Shown piece by piece: positions 22,201 through 37,200 of a DNA stretch of 64,000 nt; the first letter of the stretch is position 1; the number at the start of each line of letters is the position of its first letter. The DNA lies in assembly GCA_010909165.1 (NCBI GenBank), contig MU008198.1, positions 464,216 through 528,215 on the forward strand, written 5' to 3'. Source of the stretch: Anthoceros angustus (taxonomy: Eukaryota; Plantae; Anthocerotophyta). A program made the position numbers and the translations under genes. The notes beneath the pieces are model-generated. The model was not told the origin of the DNA. It did not search any database and worked only from the letters and a program-made list of their open reading frames with translations.

Positions 22201-25200
22201 TCGAGACGAAGGTAGATAGGTAAGTGCTCGTAGACGTCCGTAGGTGGTCCGGACTTGGTTAATTGAGAGAACTGAGGGATGTCCTAGACTTAGCCGTTAA
22301 CGGTAGAAAGGAGGCGAGTAGGATATGTTAGAAAACCCATTTGATACGCATATATAGGGGAATTAGGGTCTATTATGACATCCGAGAAACAAAGTTCCTT
22401 GGACTTGACTATAAATATCCAAGCGGGTAGGAAGTCCTTGGCCTTTGGGGTTTCGTAGAAAGTTCCTTGTCGAGACCATGGTAGAAAAGGATATGAGATA
22501 GAGCCATGCATTTCATGAGCCAAGGAGGATAACTTCCTTGGAATCGGAGGGGGGTTCAATTTCTCGAATGTCACGCAGAGGGCTATATATACATGTCTTA
22601 TAATATATAGAAGATGAGATTTGATGATCGGGATCATCGAGGAGGACACGTGGCGCACATCGAGATGGGGCGCAACTAGGGACCGGATCCAACCGGATTA
22701 TCACGAGAAGGAAAAGGCGTGCGTATAAGGCAAGACCATATGTCGAGGAAAGGAATCCTCTATAAGCTAGGACTAGACAAAGTAGTTCAAGGTGTTTGGA
22801 GGCGAACAAATTGCAGGTGGCGGAGGCCCTCTACATACTAAGGAGGCGGGGGACATTATTCGCACAAGTGATGCGAAGAAGATTTTGATGCAGGCTTTTG
22901 GTGGTCCACTATGCAAAGGGACATGGAAATTTATCGAGCTGTGATGCGTGTCAAAGGATAGGGAGACCACATCTCCTAAGGGCACATCTCCTAAGAGAAC
23001 GTTCCTCCAAGCCGAGCATGGCCCCTATGCTCTTCAACATGGGTAGGGAACAACATCCTACCCCAAGGATGAAGGAGTTCTTACATGCTCATGTCCAACA
23101 CACCCAAGCTCCCTCGAGCACATCACACACCTTGAATATATGGTACTGCCCTAGCGAGCTCCTCACCAACCTCCTTAGCAACATTTCTCCTTAGTGAACT
23201 CCTCTGCCAAATCTCCCTTCAGTTGACCTCGCTGCCCAATTCTCAGAGCGGCCACCACGATGGCCCCCTTTCACATTTGCTTGCAGCCCAAATACAAATT
23301 TCGCCTTCCTCAAGTGAATCCCCATCGCGATTCCTTCACCATGTTGCAGCCCAGATCCCCAAAGCTCAGCTCATAACTGTGCTTGCCAAACAAGACCTAG
23401 GCCTCCTCCTAGCATTTGCAGCACCACACCTCGTAATCATGTCAATTCCACCAGCAGCAAAAGGCAAAGGCTTGCCTTCACAATTCACACCCTTCGTAGC
23501 CCACAACCAAGACTCCACTTCTCACATTGCAAGGTCATCACCTCCTAAGTTCCACTAATCACAAGCTCCAGTTCATGGCCTCACATTAGCTCACAAGGCA
23601 CAAATTTCTCCCAAAATCCCAACTTCCGGTGACTCTCTATCTTGGCTTCTCCACACCTTAGCTCCAAAAGTTGAGCTCTTGCCTCTGCACACCCAGACAA
23701 CGCGCCCTCTTCCAACTTGCATGCCCAATTAGCCTGCTACTTCCCAGACACACTTGCAGCTCCTAGCTCCTTCCAACTATGTGCCCAAGAACTTCCAAGC
23801 GCCCTTTAAGCACTCGCCAAACATACATTCCTATTTTATCGCTACTTAAACTAGGGGTTCCAAATCAATCACTAATTCCCTTTGCACATATAGTCTATGG
23901 GGCAAGATTCTACCCTACCCGCTCATCTATCTAGGCTTGAGAAACTTCCAAATTCCTACCCTTGTCCCTAACTTTCTGGATGGCTCAAGAAGAAACACTC
24001 GTTACTTACTCACGATCACTTTGAATAAAGATTGAACCAAAATGAACCGAATCGGATCAAAATGACAAAGGGACCCAAACTTTCGTTGCACGCTCACTCC
24101 ATGAATAACTCAAGGTTATCTTCAAGTGCGAATGATGAAAGTATTGCTAATTTGTGTGCCGCAATGCAACGAGGCCTACCAAGCAAGATTTTACTTTCAT
24201 TTATTTCACCGAGTACCTAAACTAGTTAATGGACAACAATGATGGATATTTGCAGCGTTGAATGTCGCGGTCGTAAATACATTATGAAGGAAACAAAATC
24301 ATCGAAGGATCCAAATAGTTGGGTGATGCGGATTTGTATTATCAATATCTTTTCAAAGGTTAGGCGAGAAGTGATATGGGATACGATTTCAAAGTTGAAC
24401 TAGTATGTCGACACCTTATATATGGATGAAATTCATATTCGCATTTAGATTTAGATTCGGATATTTGGGACCGCTTCACCACTCGAGAAGCTAGTGCTAG
24501 TTGTTGATGAGGAGGAAAGTGATCATTTTTATTATTTCTAGCGCATGAGCTGGATGATTCACGTGACATGTTTCATTTATATGTATATTCTTTAGCCATA
24601 GGTCAATGGAGGTTCAAGAATTCAACCAAAAAGAAACATAGGTGACATGTTCATCGAATTTGTAAGTGTAAGATTCGGAGTTAATATTACTTTGATTGCA
24701 CATGTTGTAGACGACAATTATGATGTATTATTTGAGCTGGTGTCATTTGATAATGAGATAATTACAAGTCCAAACCTTTATGAGTGGAAACCCTCTTGAG
24801 CCTTTAAATTTACATCCATATGGTGAAGTACGGAAATTGGATTTGTTGCCCACAATGGACACTTTTATGGTATGGATGGTAAAAGAAGGGTAAGAAGTTT
24901 TCTATCGCCATCAAAAGCGTAACCAACAAGCGCTCAAGTGGGAAAGTTTAATCACGAGGACTTTGCAATACAAAGCCTATTTGCACGCTTGTTCCACCTA
25001 GTCAATGGAAGTGTTTGGAATTGGCGACTTTATATATTTACATTTTTTGTAAAAGAAATCGAAAAGACGGAAAAGATGATAGGAGTTGTGTACATTACCT
25101 TATCCAACAATATAATTTACAATGGATGGAGAATTGTGTTTCAAGATGAAATTGTCAACCCCATGAGGACATGAAGCCTAGAAGGACCAACTTCCATTTT

Positions 25201-28200
25201 GGGGTGTTCAAAATTTTTCATGTTTGTTCATCATCTAGAAATGATCTACTTGACAAAAAGTCTAAATAAGTATACTAGAATTTAGATACAAAACCGATTC
25301 TTACAACATAGATAAATCAAATAGCGATTCTTGAAAAGAAATCTTTTTAGTCCACGGACAATGTAATCCCGAAAGAAATTATATCTTGTTGTATCTTTCA
25401 TTGCTTATTTGTCCCCTTAAATCGAGGTTGACAATGGGGGGGCTAGTCCCCTTTGGCTGAGGTCAGAGAGTTGTTCCATCACCCGGTGTAGATGGGGACT
25501 TCCTATCTCTTGCATATTTATAAAGTCTCCACGTTCTCTCTATTTTTGTCCAGATTTTTCACGAATGTATCTTTACCTTTTTTTTTACTTTAAATTTTAC
25601 ATACATTGATTCACGCTCGAATTCCATAGCTGAATAATTGTAGAAATAAAAATAATATAATACTATTTTATTTCCTTTTCGACGCATGAAAACTAAAGTG
25701 CCTCAACAAAGTGAACAAAGTTTGAGTGCCAAGGTAGGAACATAGTCGGAGTGGCGGTAAAATATGGACAACTAAAAATGCACGTCAAATTAGGTTCTTA
25801 CGGTGTCATTGGCGAAGTTAGGTTTCTCATAGCATGGCACAAATGATATGATGACGGCGGATTGGTATATGGGTAGGGCAAAATGTGGTGAACTCAAACT
25901 TTGAGGCACGCCACGTTTTCGCACATGAACACAAAGAGTGTGGTGATATGGATTGCCTCGCATAGCTACTATGCCCATCGGCAACAAGGCCACCAGAGGT
26001 GCTTGCTCTATATGAGTGGAGCTCTGGAGCGTCGGGATGGCATGAGCTTGCATCGTGCAAGTCCCTCATTTCGCACTCATATCTAGCACCAAAAGTTGCC
26101 AACAAGCGATCCTCGCCCAAGCTCCTTTAAATTTGCAAATTTATACTTAAGCTAAGCACATGCAAACGCTTGATCTAAGAGGCATATAATGTACGTCCTA
26201 TTGGAGTGATGCCTGCCGCCTAGCGCATGATGATCTAGGGCCCCTTTACCTTTCCTCACGACCATATCCTACAATCACCACATGTCCACCACATCCTTCG
26301 CCATAGACATGGGCATCATGTATGAAGCTTCTTCCCTTGGTACATAGCACCTAATTGTCGACAAGACACGCTGCACAAGGCCCACACCTATAGGTGAGTA
26401 TCGATACTTTGTATTTTATATTTTATAACTTAAATAGTTAAATACAAAAAATATAAAATTTGATATATATAGTAAAATATATTTGCAACAAATAATACAT
26501 GCCGATGGAGAAGAAAAAAGGGCTTTTATTAAAGGAGAAGAGATGGGGTAAGCATCTACCTTCAAAGGCTAACACCAGCTGTGTGGGACATCAAGGGTCC
26601 GTGTTTTAAGCAACCAAGTCACCCGTTTTGATGGAATGGAAAGAAATGTTGAAGTCCAAGAGCTAGGAAGCCCCACACCATGTATGTGACCGTGAAAGGC
26701 TTGAGCGCGACTTGATAAATTTATCAAAGTCCTCACCAATGTGCCATACATTTGAAAGCGAGCAAAATGAAGAGTGGTGCACTTCATGTTGTCACACTTA
26801 GTTTCACGAGACTTGATCACCACGGACGAGGTACATGATGAGATGAGCCCTAATTGACCTTGCTTGACCGCATGGAGAAGCACACGCCACTACGTCTCAC
26901 GTGAAAAAGATATGGCGTGTTGCAAATGGCATTCCATAGTTCCTCATATTCATCTTCTTGTGGAGTAAGAATGTCTTGAGTGAATGTCTTAAGGACGCCT
27001 TCTTCATATTTGTTTTCCTCTTCAATAAAAATATCTTTCTCATATTCATTTTCTTGCTCTATAAAAATATCTAAGTTCTCCTCATATTGGTTTACTTCTT
27101 CTAAGAGAAATTCTTCGTTCTCATATTCATTTTTTCTTCATAAAAATGTACCTAGACCTAAGATGAGAAATGTCCTCGGCATATTGGTTTACCTCTTGAG
27201 TAGAAATGTCCTCCTCATATTCGTCTTAAAAATGTATTGCTCATATTACGTGTTCTTCTTCACTAAAAATATGCTTGTCGTTATAATCGATTTCTTCTTC
27301 ATTTTCCTTGTAGTAGTTTCCTTCTTCATCTTCTTTATATTCTTTTCTTCATCATTTTCCTTATAGTTATTCCCTCTTCAGCAAAAATATTTTTGCATAA
27401 TCTTCTTCCTCTTGCTAGAAATATTCCTCATCATCATCTTCATCCTCACCAAGAATATCTTCGTCATTAGTGAAGGAGTTGCTACATTCAATTTCTTCAT
27501 ACCTTGGACCTGGACGATTTTTTCATGTCTTCCACATCAAGATGAATGTCTTGCTCATATTTGCTTTCTTTGTCTTGAACTATTATGCTCATACTCATTT
27601 TCCTCTTCCTCTTCCTCATTCTACATAATCTTCTTCTTCTTCTTCTTCTTCTTCTTCTACATAATCTTCTTCTTCTTCTTCTTCTACATAATCTTCTTCT
27701 TCTTCTTCTTCTTCTTCTTCTTCTTCTTCTTCTTCTACATAATCTTCTTCTTCTTCTTCTACATAATCTTCTTCTTCTTCTTCATCATCACTTAGAAAAA
27801 TTCCCTCATAATTGTCTTTTGTACTAAGAATGTCTTAACAACAAGGAAGTCGCCACACTCAATTCCAAGATGTTTTGGAAGTATGGCACTAATTTTGTTG
27901 CTCCACAAGGGATCTAGTTTGAAAATATAGCGACATTTTGAAGGACTTCCCAATATATAGTGGTTACTTTTTAATTGTAGGACGATTTCGTCGTGAAAGG
28001 AATCAATTTAAAGTCTACTTGCAATTGCAAAAATTTGTTTCAATGATCCTCTTGACCAAAGTCTGCTGCATCTTTTACAAGATGACCTAACGACATATCT
28101 CATGGATAGAAGAGATCTTGTGAGATGATTTTGAGCAATTTTGGCCTTCTCTTTTAAATTAGTTGAACAAGTTCTTGTGACTTGTATCTCCAAGTGATTG

Positions 28201-31200
28201 GAATTGTTTAAGGTCATCATAAGCGTAAAAGATATAACTTGATTGTTTATCAAGAGGACAAAGAAGCACTTTGTCAAACTTTTCAAACAAGCTTTTAAAA
28301 GTTTGTGGAACGGAAAAGTTTGGTCTAAGTTTTTGGCAAAACACGAGACAATTTGGGGACCAAGGGAAGGTTACGTAGGGAAGTTTTAGATGGATGAAGG
28401 GAGGATGACTACAATCTGTAGGAAGTAGGGGATTTGTAGGCCCCGAGCTAGCGTAATCGAGTTTCGACGCAAGGTAGATAGTAGGTAAGTCGCTCAGGGA
28501 CGTCGTAGGTGGTCCGGGACTTGGTTAATTGAGAGAACTTGTAGGATGTCCTAGACTTAGCTAACGGTAGAAAGGAGGCGAGAGTAGGATATGTTAGAAA
28601 ACCCATTTGATACGCATATAGGGGAATTAGGGGTCTATTATGACATCCGAGAAACAAAGTTCCTTGGACTTCACTATAAATATCCAAGCGGGTAGGAAGT
28701 CCTTGGCCTTTGGGGTTTCGTAGAAAGTTCCTTGTCGAGACCATGGTAGAAAAGGATATGAGATAGAGCCATGCATGAGCCAAGGAGGATAACTTCCTTG
28801 GAATTGGGGCGGGAGGGGGGGGTTCAATTTCGAATGTCACGCAGAGGGCTATATATACATGTCTTATCGATATATAGAAGATGAGATTTGATGATCGGGA
28901 TCATCGAGGAGGACACGCGCACATCGAGATGGGGCGCAACTAGGGACCGGATACCAACCGGATTATCACGAAGGAAAAGTCAGATTCGTGCATAAGGCAC
29001 CATATTGTCGAGAAGGAATCCTCTATAAGCTAGGACTAGACAAAGTAGTTCAAGGTGTTTGGAGGCGAACAAATTGCGTGGCGGAGGCCCTCTACATACT
29101 AAGGAGGGGGGACATTATTCTGCAAGTGCCAAGAAGATTTTGACCGCAGGCTTTTGGTGGTCCACTATGCAAAGGGACATGGAAATTTATCGAGTGATGC
29201 GTGTCAATAGGGAGACCACATCTCCTAAGGGCACATCTCCTAAGAGAACGTTCCTCCAAGCCGAGCATGGCCCCTATGCTCTTCAACATGGGTAGGGAAC
29301 AACATCCTACCCCAAGGATCTGAATTAGGAGTTCTTACATGCTCATGTCCAACACACCCAAGCTCCTCGAGCACATCACACACCTTGAATATATGGTACT
29401 GTTCCCTAGCGAGCTCCTCACCAACCTCCTTAGCAACATTTCTCCTTAGTGAACTCCGCCAAATCTCCTTGTTGACCTCGCTGCCCAATTCTCGAGGCCA
29501 CCACGATGGCCCCTTTCACATTTGCTTGCAGCCCAAATACAAATCGCCTTCCTCAAGTGAATCCCCATCGCGATTCCTTCACCATGTTGCAGCCGGATCC
29601 CCAAAGCTCAGCTCATAAGTGCTTGCCAAACAAGACCTAGGCCCCTCCTAGCATTTGCGACCACACCGTAATCATGTCAATTCCGCTTGGTTGTAAGCAA
29701 AAGGCAAAGGCTTGCCTTCACACCACACCGTAGCCCCACAACCAAGACTCCACTTCTCACATTGCAAGGTCATCACCTCCTAAGTTCCACTAATCACAAG
29801 CTCCAGTTCATGGCCTCCAGCTTAGCTCACAAGGCACAAATTTCTCCCAAAATCCCAACTTCCGACAAGACTCTATCTTGGCTTCTCCACACCTTAGCTC
29901 CAAAAGTTGAGCTCTTGCCTCTGACACCCACGACAACGCCTCTTCCAACTTGCATGCCTTAATTAGCCCGTACTTCAGCACTCCTTGCAGCTCCTAGCTC
30001 CTTCCAACTATGTGCCCAAGAACTTCCGCGCCGCCTTTAAGCAATCGCCCCGCCAAACATACATTCCTATTTTTCTGCTACTTAAACTAGGGGTTCCAAA
30101 TCAATCACTAATTCCCTTTGCACATATAGTCTATGGGGCAAGATTCTACCCTACCGCTCATCTATCTAGGCTTGAGAAACTTCCAAATTCCTACCCTTGT
30201 CCCTAACTTTCTGGATGGCTCAAGAAGAAACACTCGTTACTACTCACGATCACTTTGAATAAAGATTGAACCAAAATGAACCGAATCGGATCAAAATGAC
30301 AAAGGGACCCAAACTTTTGCGCACGCACTCCATGAATAACTCAAGGTTATCTTCAAGTGTACCGCAATGATGAAAGTATTGCTAATTTGTGTGCCGCAAT
30401 GCAACGAGGCCTACCAAGCAAGATTTTACTTTCATTTATTTCCACCGAGTACCTAAACTAGTTAATGGACAACAATGATGGATATTTGCAGCGGGGTCGT
30501 TGGTCGTAAATACATTATGAAGGAAACAAAATCATCGAAGGATCCAAATAGTTGGGTGATGCGGTTTGTATTATCAATATCTTTCAAAGGTTAGTTAGAA
30601 GTGATATGGGATACGATTTCAAAGTTGAACTAGTATGTCGACACCTTATATATGGATGAAATTCATATTCGCATTTAGATTTAGATTCGGATATTTGGGA
30701 CTCACCACTCGAGAAGCTAGTGCTAGTTGTTGATGAGGAGGAAAGTGATCATTTTTATTATTTCTAGCGCATGAGCTGGACGATGATTCACGTGACATGT
30801 TTCATTTATATGTATATTCTTTAGCCATAGGTCAATGGACGGTTCAAGAATTCAACCAAAAAGAAACATAGGTGACATGTTCATCAGAATCGTGTAAGTG
30901 CTATCGAGATTCGGAGTTAATATTACTTTGATTGCACATGTTGTAGACGACAATTATGATGTATTATTTGAGCTGGTGTCATTTGATAATGAGATAATTA
31001 CAAGTCAGCAAACCTTTATGAGTGGAAACCCTCTTGAGCCTTTAAATTTACATCCATATGGTGAAGTACGGAAATTGGATTTGTTGCCCACAATGGACAC
31101 TTTTATGGTATGGATGGTAAAAGAAGGGTAAGAAGTTTTCTATCGCCATCTAAAAGCGTAACCAACAAGCGCTCAAGTGGGAAAGTTTAATCACGAGGAC

Positions 31201-34200
31201 TTTGCAATACAAAGCCTATTTGCACGTTGTTCCACCTAGTCAATGGAAGTGTTTGGAATTGGCGACTTTATATATTTACATTTTTTGTACAGTTAAGAAA
31301 TCGAAAAGATGGAAAAGATGATAGGAGTTGTGTACATTACCTTGTCTGCAACAATATAATTTACAATGGATGGAGAATTGTGTTTCAAGATGAAATTGTC
31401 AACCCCATGAGGACATGAACCCTAGAAGGACCAACTTCCATTTTGGGGTGTTCAAAATTTTTCATGTTTGTTCATCATCTAGAAATGATCTACTTGACAA
31501 AAGTCTAAATAAGTATACTAGAATTTAGATACAAAAACCGATTCTTACAACATAGATAAATCAAATAGCGATTCTTGAAAAGAAATCTTTTTAGTCCACG
31601 GACAATGTAATCCCGAAAGAAATTATATCTTGTTGTATCTTTCATTGCTTATTTGTCCCCTTAAATCGAGGTTGACAACGGGGCTAGTCCCTTTGGCCCG
31701 AGGTCCAGAGAGTTGTTCCATCACCGGTGTAGATGGGGACTTCCTATCTCTTGCATATTTATAAAGTCTCCACGTTCTCTCTATTTTTGTCCGATTTTTC
31801 ACGAATGTATCTTTACCTTTTTTTTACTTTAAATTTTACATACATTGATTCACGCTCGAATTCCATAGCTGAATAATTGTAGAAATAAAAATAATATAAT
31901 ACTATTTTATTTCCTTTTCGACGATGAAAACTAAAGTGCCTCAACAAAGTGAACAAAGTTTGAGTGCAAGGTAGGAACATAGTCGGAGTGGCGGTAAAAT
32001 ATGGACAACTAAAAATGCACGTCAAATTAGGTTCTTACTGTCATTTCCACCAGAGTTAGGTTTCTCATAGCATGGCACAAATGATATGATGACATGGATG
32101 GTGATTCCGGGTATGGGTAGGGGTATGCAAAATGTGGTGAACTCAAACTTTGAGGCACGCCGCAGCATGAACACAAAGAGTGTGGTGATATGGATTGCCT
32201 CGATAGCATAGGCTATGCCCATGGCAACAAGGGCGGCACCGCCGAGGTGCTTGCTCTATATGAGTGGAGCTCACGAATGGAGGACCCTCGGATGGCATGA
32301 GCTTGCATCGTGCAAGTCCCTCATTTCGCACTCATATCTAGCACCAAAAGTTGCCAACAAAGCGATCCTCGCCCAAGCTCCTTTAAATTTGCAAATTTAT
32401 ACATGAAGCTAATCGCACCATGCCGGGTAAACGCTTGATCTAAAGAGGGCCGATACGCCCTATTGGAGTGATGCTGCTGCCTAGCTGCATGATGATCTAG
32501 GGCCCCTTTACCTTTCCTGCCGACCATATCCTACAATCACCACATGTCCACCACATCCTTCCCGCCATAGACATGGGCATCATGTATGAAGCTTCTTCCC
32601 TTGGTACATAGCACCTAATTGTCAAGACACGCTTGGCCCACACCTATAGGTGAGTATCGATATTTGTATTTTATATTTTTATAACTTAAATAGTTAAATA
32701 CAAAAATATAAAATTTGATATATATAGTAAATATATTTGCAAGTAACAAATAATACATGCCGCATGGAGAAGAAAATAAAAGGGCTTTTATTAAAGGAGA
32801 AGAGATGGGGTAAGCCCATCTACCTTTCAAAGGCTAACACTAGCTAGGGACCTCAAGGGTCCGTAAGCTAAGCAACTAAGCTCTGAATCTAAAATCTATG
32901 GCTCCTGCAATATCATGACTAAGTAGGTTTTAGAGGATGTGAGCACGCTTTGGTGGCTCGATTCACGTATGAAAACGGTGTGCCACAGGATCACCTGGAC
33001 CAATCGAGGTGTCACCATGATCACCTATTATCATTGTCGTCCTAAGGATGCCTCGTGCGAGCGCCCGTTGGAGAGCAATGGACACATGTTGTGGAAAGAA
33101 AGCTGTGAAGTCCAAGAGCTAGGAAGCCCCACACCATGTATGTGACCGTGAAAGGCTTGAGCAAAGACTTGATAAATTTATCAAAGTCCTCACCAATGTG
33201 CCATACATTTTGAAAGCGAGCAAAATGAAGAGTGGTGCACTTCATGTTGTCACACTTAGTTTCACGAGACTTGATCACCACGGACGAGGTACATGATGAG
33301 ATGAGCCCTAATTGACCTTGCTTGACCGCATGGAGAAGCACACGGCCACTTACGCCTCACGTGAAAAAGATATGGCGTGTTGCAAATGGCATTCCATAGT
33401 TCCTCATATTCATCTTCTTGTGGAGTAAGAATGTCTTGAGTGAATGTCTTAAGGACGTCTTCTTCATATTTGTTTTCCTCTTCAATAAAAATATCTTTCT
33501 CATATTCATTTTCTTGCTCTATAAAAATATCTAAGTTCTCCTCATATTGGTTTACTTCTTCTAAGAGAAATTCTTCGTTCTCATATTCATTTTTTCTTCA
33601 TAAAAAATGTACCTAGACTGAAGATGCGTAGAAATGTCCTCGGCATATTGGTTTACCTCTTGAGTAGAAATGTCCTCCTCATATTCGTCTTGAGTAAAAA
33701 TGTATTGCTCATATTCGTCGCGTTCTTCACTAAAAATATGCTTGTCGTTATAATCGATTTCTTCTTCATTTTCCTTGTAGTAGTTTCTTCTTCATCTTCT
33801 TTATATTCTTTTTCTTCATCATTTTCCTTATAGTTATTCCCTCTTCAGCAAAATATTTTTGCATAATCTTCTTCCTCTTGATTAGAAATATTCCCTCATC
33901 ATCATCTTCATCCTCACCAAGAATATCTTCGTCATTAGTGAAGGAGTTGCTACATTCAATTTCTTCATACCTTGGACCTGGACGATTTTTTTCATGTCTT
34001 CCACATCAAGATGAATGTCTTGCTCATATTTGCTTTCTTTGGCAGTTGAACTATTATGCTCCTACTCATTTTCCTCTTCCTCTTCCTCATTTTCTACATA
34101 ATCTTCTTCTTCTTCTTCTTCTACATAATCTTCTTCTTCTTCTTCTTCTACATAATCTTCTTCTTCTTCTTCTTCTTCTTCTTCTTCTTCTTCTTCTACA

Positions 34201-37200
34201 TAATCTTCTTCTTCTTCTTCTACATAATCTTCTTCTTCTTCTTCATCACTTAGAAAAATTCCCTCATAATTGTCTTTTGTACTAAGAATGTCTTCGTCAA
34301 GGAAGTCGCCACACTCAATTCCAAGATGTTTTGGAAGTATGGCACTAATTTTGTTGCTCCACAAGGGATCTAGTTTGAAAATATAGCGACATTTTGAAGG
34401 ACTTCCCAATATATAGTGTGTTACTTTTTAATTGTAGGATTTCGTGAAAGGAATCAATTTAAAGTCTACTTGCAATTGCAAAAATTTGTTTCAATGATCC
34501 TCTTGACCAAAGTCTCATGCATCTTTTACAAGATGACCTAACGCATATCCGATGATAGAAGAGATCTTGTGAGATGATTTTGAGCAATTTTGGCCTTCTC
34601 TTTTAAATTAGTTGCGAACAAGTTCTTGTGACTTGTATCTCCAAGTGATTGGAATTGTTTAAGGTCATCATAATCGTAAAAGATATAACTTGATTCTACG
34701 GTCAAGAGGACAAAGAAGCACTTTGTCAAACTTTTCAAACAAGCTTTTAAAAGTTTGTGGAACGGAAAAGTTTGGTCAGCTAAGTTTTGGCAAAACACGA
34801 CAATTTGGGGACCAAGGCGAAGGTTACGTAGGGAAGTTTTTGCGATGGATGAAGGAGGATGACTACAATTCGTAGGAAGTAGGGGATTTGTAGGCGTCCG
34901 AGCCAGCGTAATCGAGTTTCGAGACAGAAGGTAGGTAGGTAAGTCGCTCAGGACGTCCGTAGGTGGTCCGACTTGGTTAATTGAGAGAACTCAGGGATGT
35001 CCTAGACTTAGCCGTTAACGGTAGAAAGGAGGCGAGTAGGATATGTTAGAAAACCCATTTGACACGTATATAGGGGAATTAGGGGTCTATTATGACATCC
35101 GAGAAACAAAGTTCCTTGGACACTATAAATATCCAAGCGGGTAGGAAGTCCTTGGCCTTTGGGGTTTTGTAGAAAGTTCCTTGTCGAGACCATGGTAGAA
35201 AAGGATATGAGATAGAGCCATGCATTTGAGCCAAGGAGGATAACTTCCTTGGAATTGGGCGGGGAGGGGTTCAATTTCTCGAATGTCACGCAGAGGGCTA
35301 TATATACATGTCGCTTATAATATATAGAATGAGATTTGATGATCGGGATCATCGAGGAGGACACTGGCGCACATCGAGATGGGGCGAACTAGGGACGGAT
35401 ATCAACCGGATTATCACGAGAAGGAAAAGTCGATTCGTGCATAAGGCAGACCATATGTCGAGGAAAGGAATCCTCTATAAGCTAGGACTAGACAAAGTAG
35501 TTCGAAGGTGTTTGAGGGCGAACAATTGCAGGCGGAGGCCCTCTACATACTAAGGAGGCGGGGGACATTATTCGCACAAGTGATGCGAAGAAGATTTTGA
35601 GCAGTTTTTGGTGGTCCACTATGCAAAGGGACATGGAAATTTATCAGAGCTGTGATGCGTGTCAAAGGATAGGAGACCACATCTCCCTAAGGGCACATCT
35701 CCTAAGAGAACGTTCCTCCAAGCCGAGCATGGCCCCTATGCTCTTCAACATGGGTAGGGAACAACATCCTACCCCAAGGATGCCGAATTGGAGTTCTTAC
35801 ATGCTCATGTCCAACACACCCAAGCTCCCTGAGCACATCACACACCTTGAATATATGGTACTCGTTCCCTAGCGAGCTCCTCACCAACCTCCTTAGCAAC
35901 ATTTCTCCTTAGTGAACTCCTCTCCAAATCTCCCTTGATTGACCTCGCTGCCCAATTCTCGAGGCCACCACGATGGCCCCTTTCACATTTGCTTGCAGCC
36001 CAAATACAAATTTCGCCTTCCTCAAGTGAATCCCCATCGCGATTCCTTCACCATGTTGGCCCGGATCCCCAAAGCTCACTCATAACTGGCTTGCAACAAG
36101 ACCTAGGCCCCTCCTAGCATTTGCGACCACACCTCGTAATCATGTCAATTCCACCAGCTTGGTTGTGCGAGCAAAAGGCAAAGGCTTGCCTTCTTCACAA
36201 TTCACACCCTTCGAGCCCACAACCAAGACTCCACTCACATTGCAAGGTCATCACCTCCTAAGTTCCACTAATCACAAGCTCCAGTTCATGGCCTCACGCT
36301 TAGCTCACAAGGCACAAATTTCTCCCAAAATCCCAACTTCCGTGACACTCTATCTTGGCTTCTCCACACCTTAGCTCCAAAAGTTGAGCTCTTGCCTCTG
36401 ACACCCACGATAACGCCGCGCCTCTTCCAACTTGCATGCCTTACAATTAGCCTGCTACTTCCAAAGACACACTCCTTGCAGCTCCTAGCTCCTTCCAACT
36501 ATGTGCCCAGAACTTCCAAGCCGCCTTTAAGCACCGCTCGCCAAACATACATTCCTATTTTATCTACTTAAACTAGGGGTTCCAAATCAATCACTAATTC
36601 CCTTTGCACATATAGTCTATGGGGCAAGATTCTACCCTACCCGCTCATCTATCTAGGCTTGAGAAACTTCCAAATTCCTACCCTTGTCCCTAACTTTCTG
36701 GATGGCTCAAGAAGAAACACTCGTTACTCACCGATCACTTTGAATAAAGATTGAACCAAAATGAACCGAATCGGATCAAAATGACAAAGGGACCCAAACT
36801 TTTGCGTTGCACGCTCACTCCATGAATAACTCAAGGTTATCTTCAAGTGTACTGCGAATGATGAAAGTATTGCTAATTTGTGTGCCGCAATGCAACGAGG
36901 CCTACCAAGCAAGATTTTACTTTCATTTATTTCCACCGAGTACCTAAACTAGTTAATGGACAACAATGATGGATATTTGGGGTCGTTGTCATGGGTCGTA
37001 AATACATTATGAAGGAAACAAAATCATCGAAGGATCCAAATAGTTGGGTGATGGATTTGTATTATCAATATCTTTTCAAAGGTTAGGCGAGAAGTGATAT
37101 GGGATACGATTTCAAAGTTGAACTAGTATGTCGACACCTTATATATGGATGAAATTCATATTCGCATTTAGATTTAGATTCGGATATTTGGGACTGGCTT

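Noticed and set aside
27412-27827. Poly-Phe / poly-Leu membrane-protein ORFs on the + strand (and equivalents in other units)
   Set aside because: They are alternative-frame readings of the (CTT)n microsatellite.
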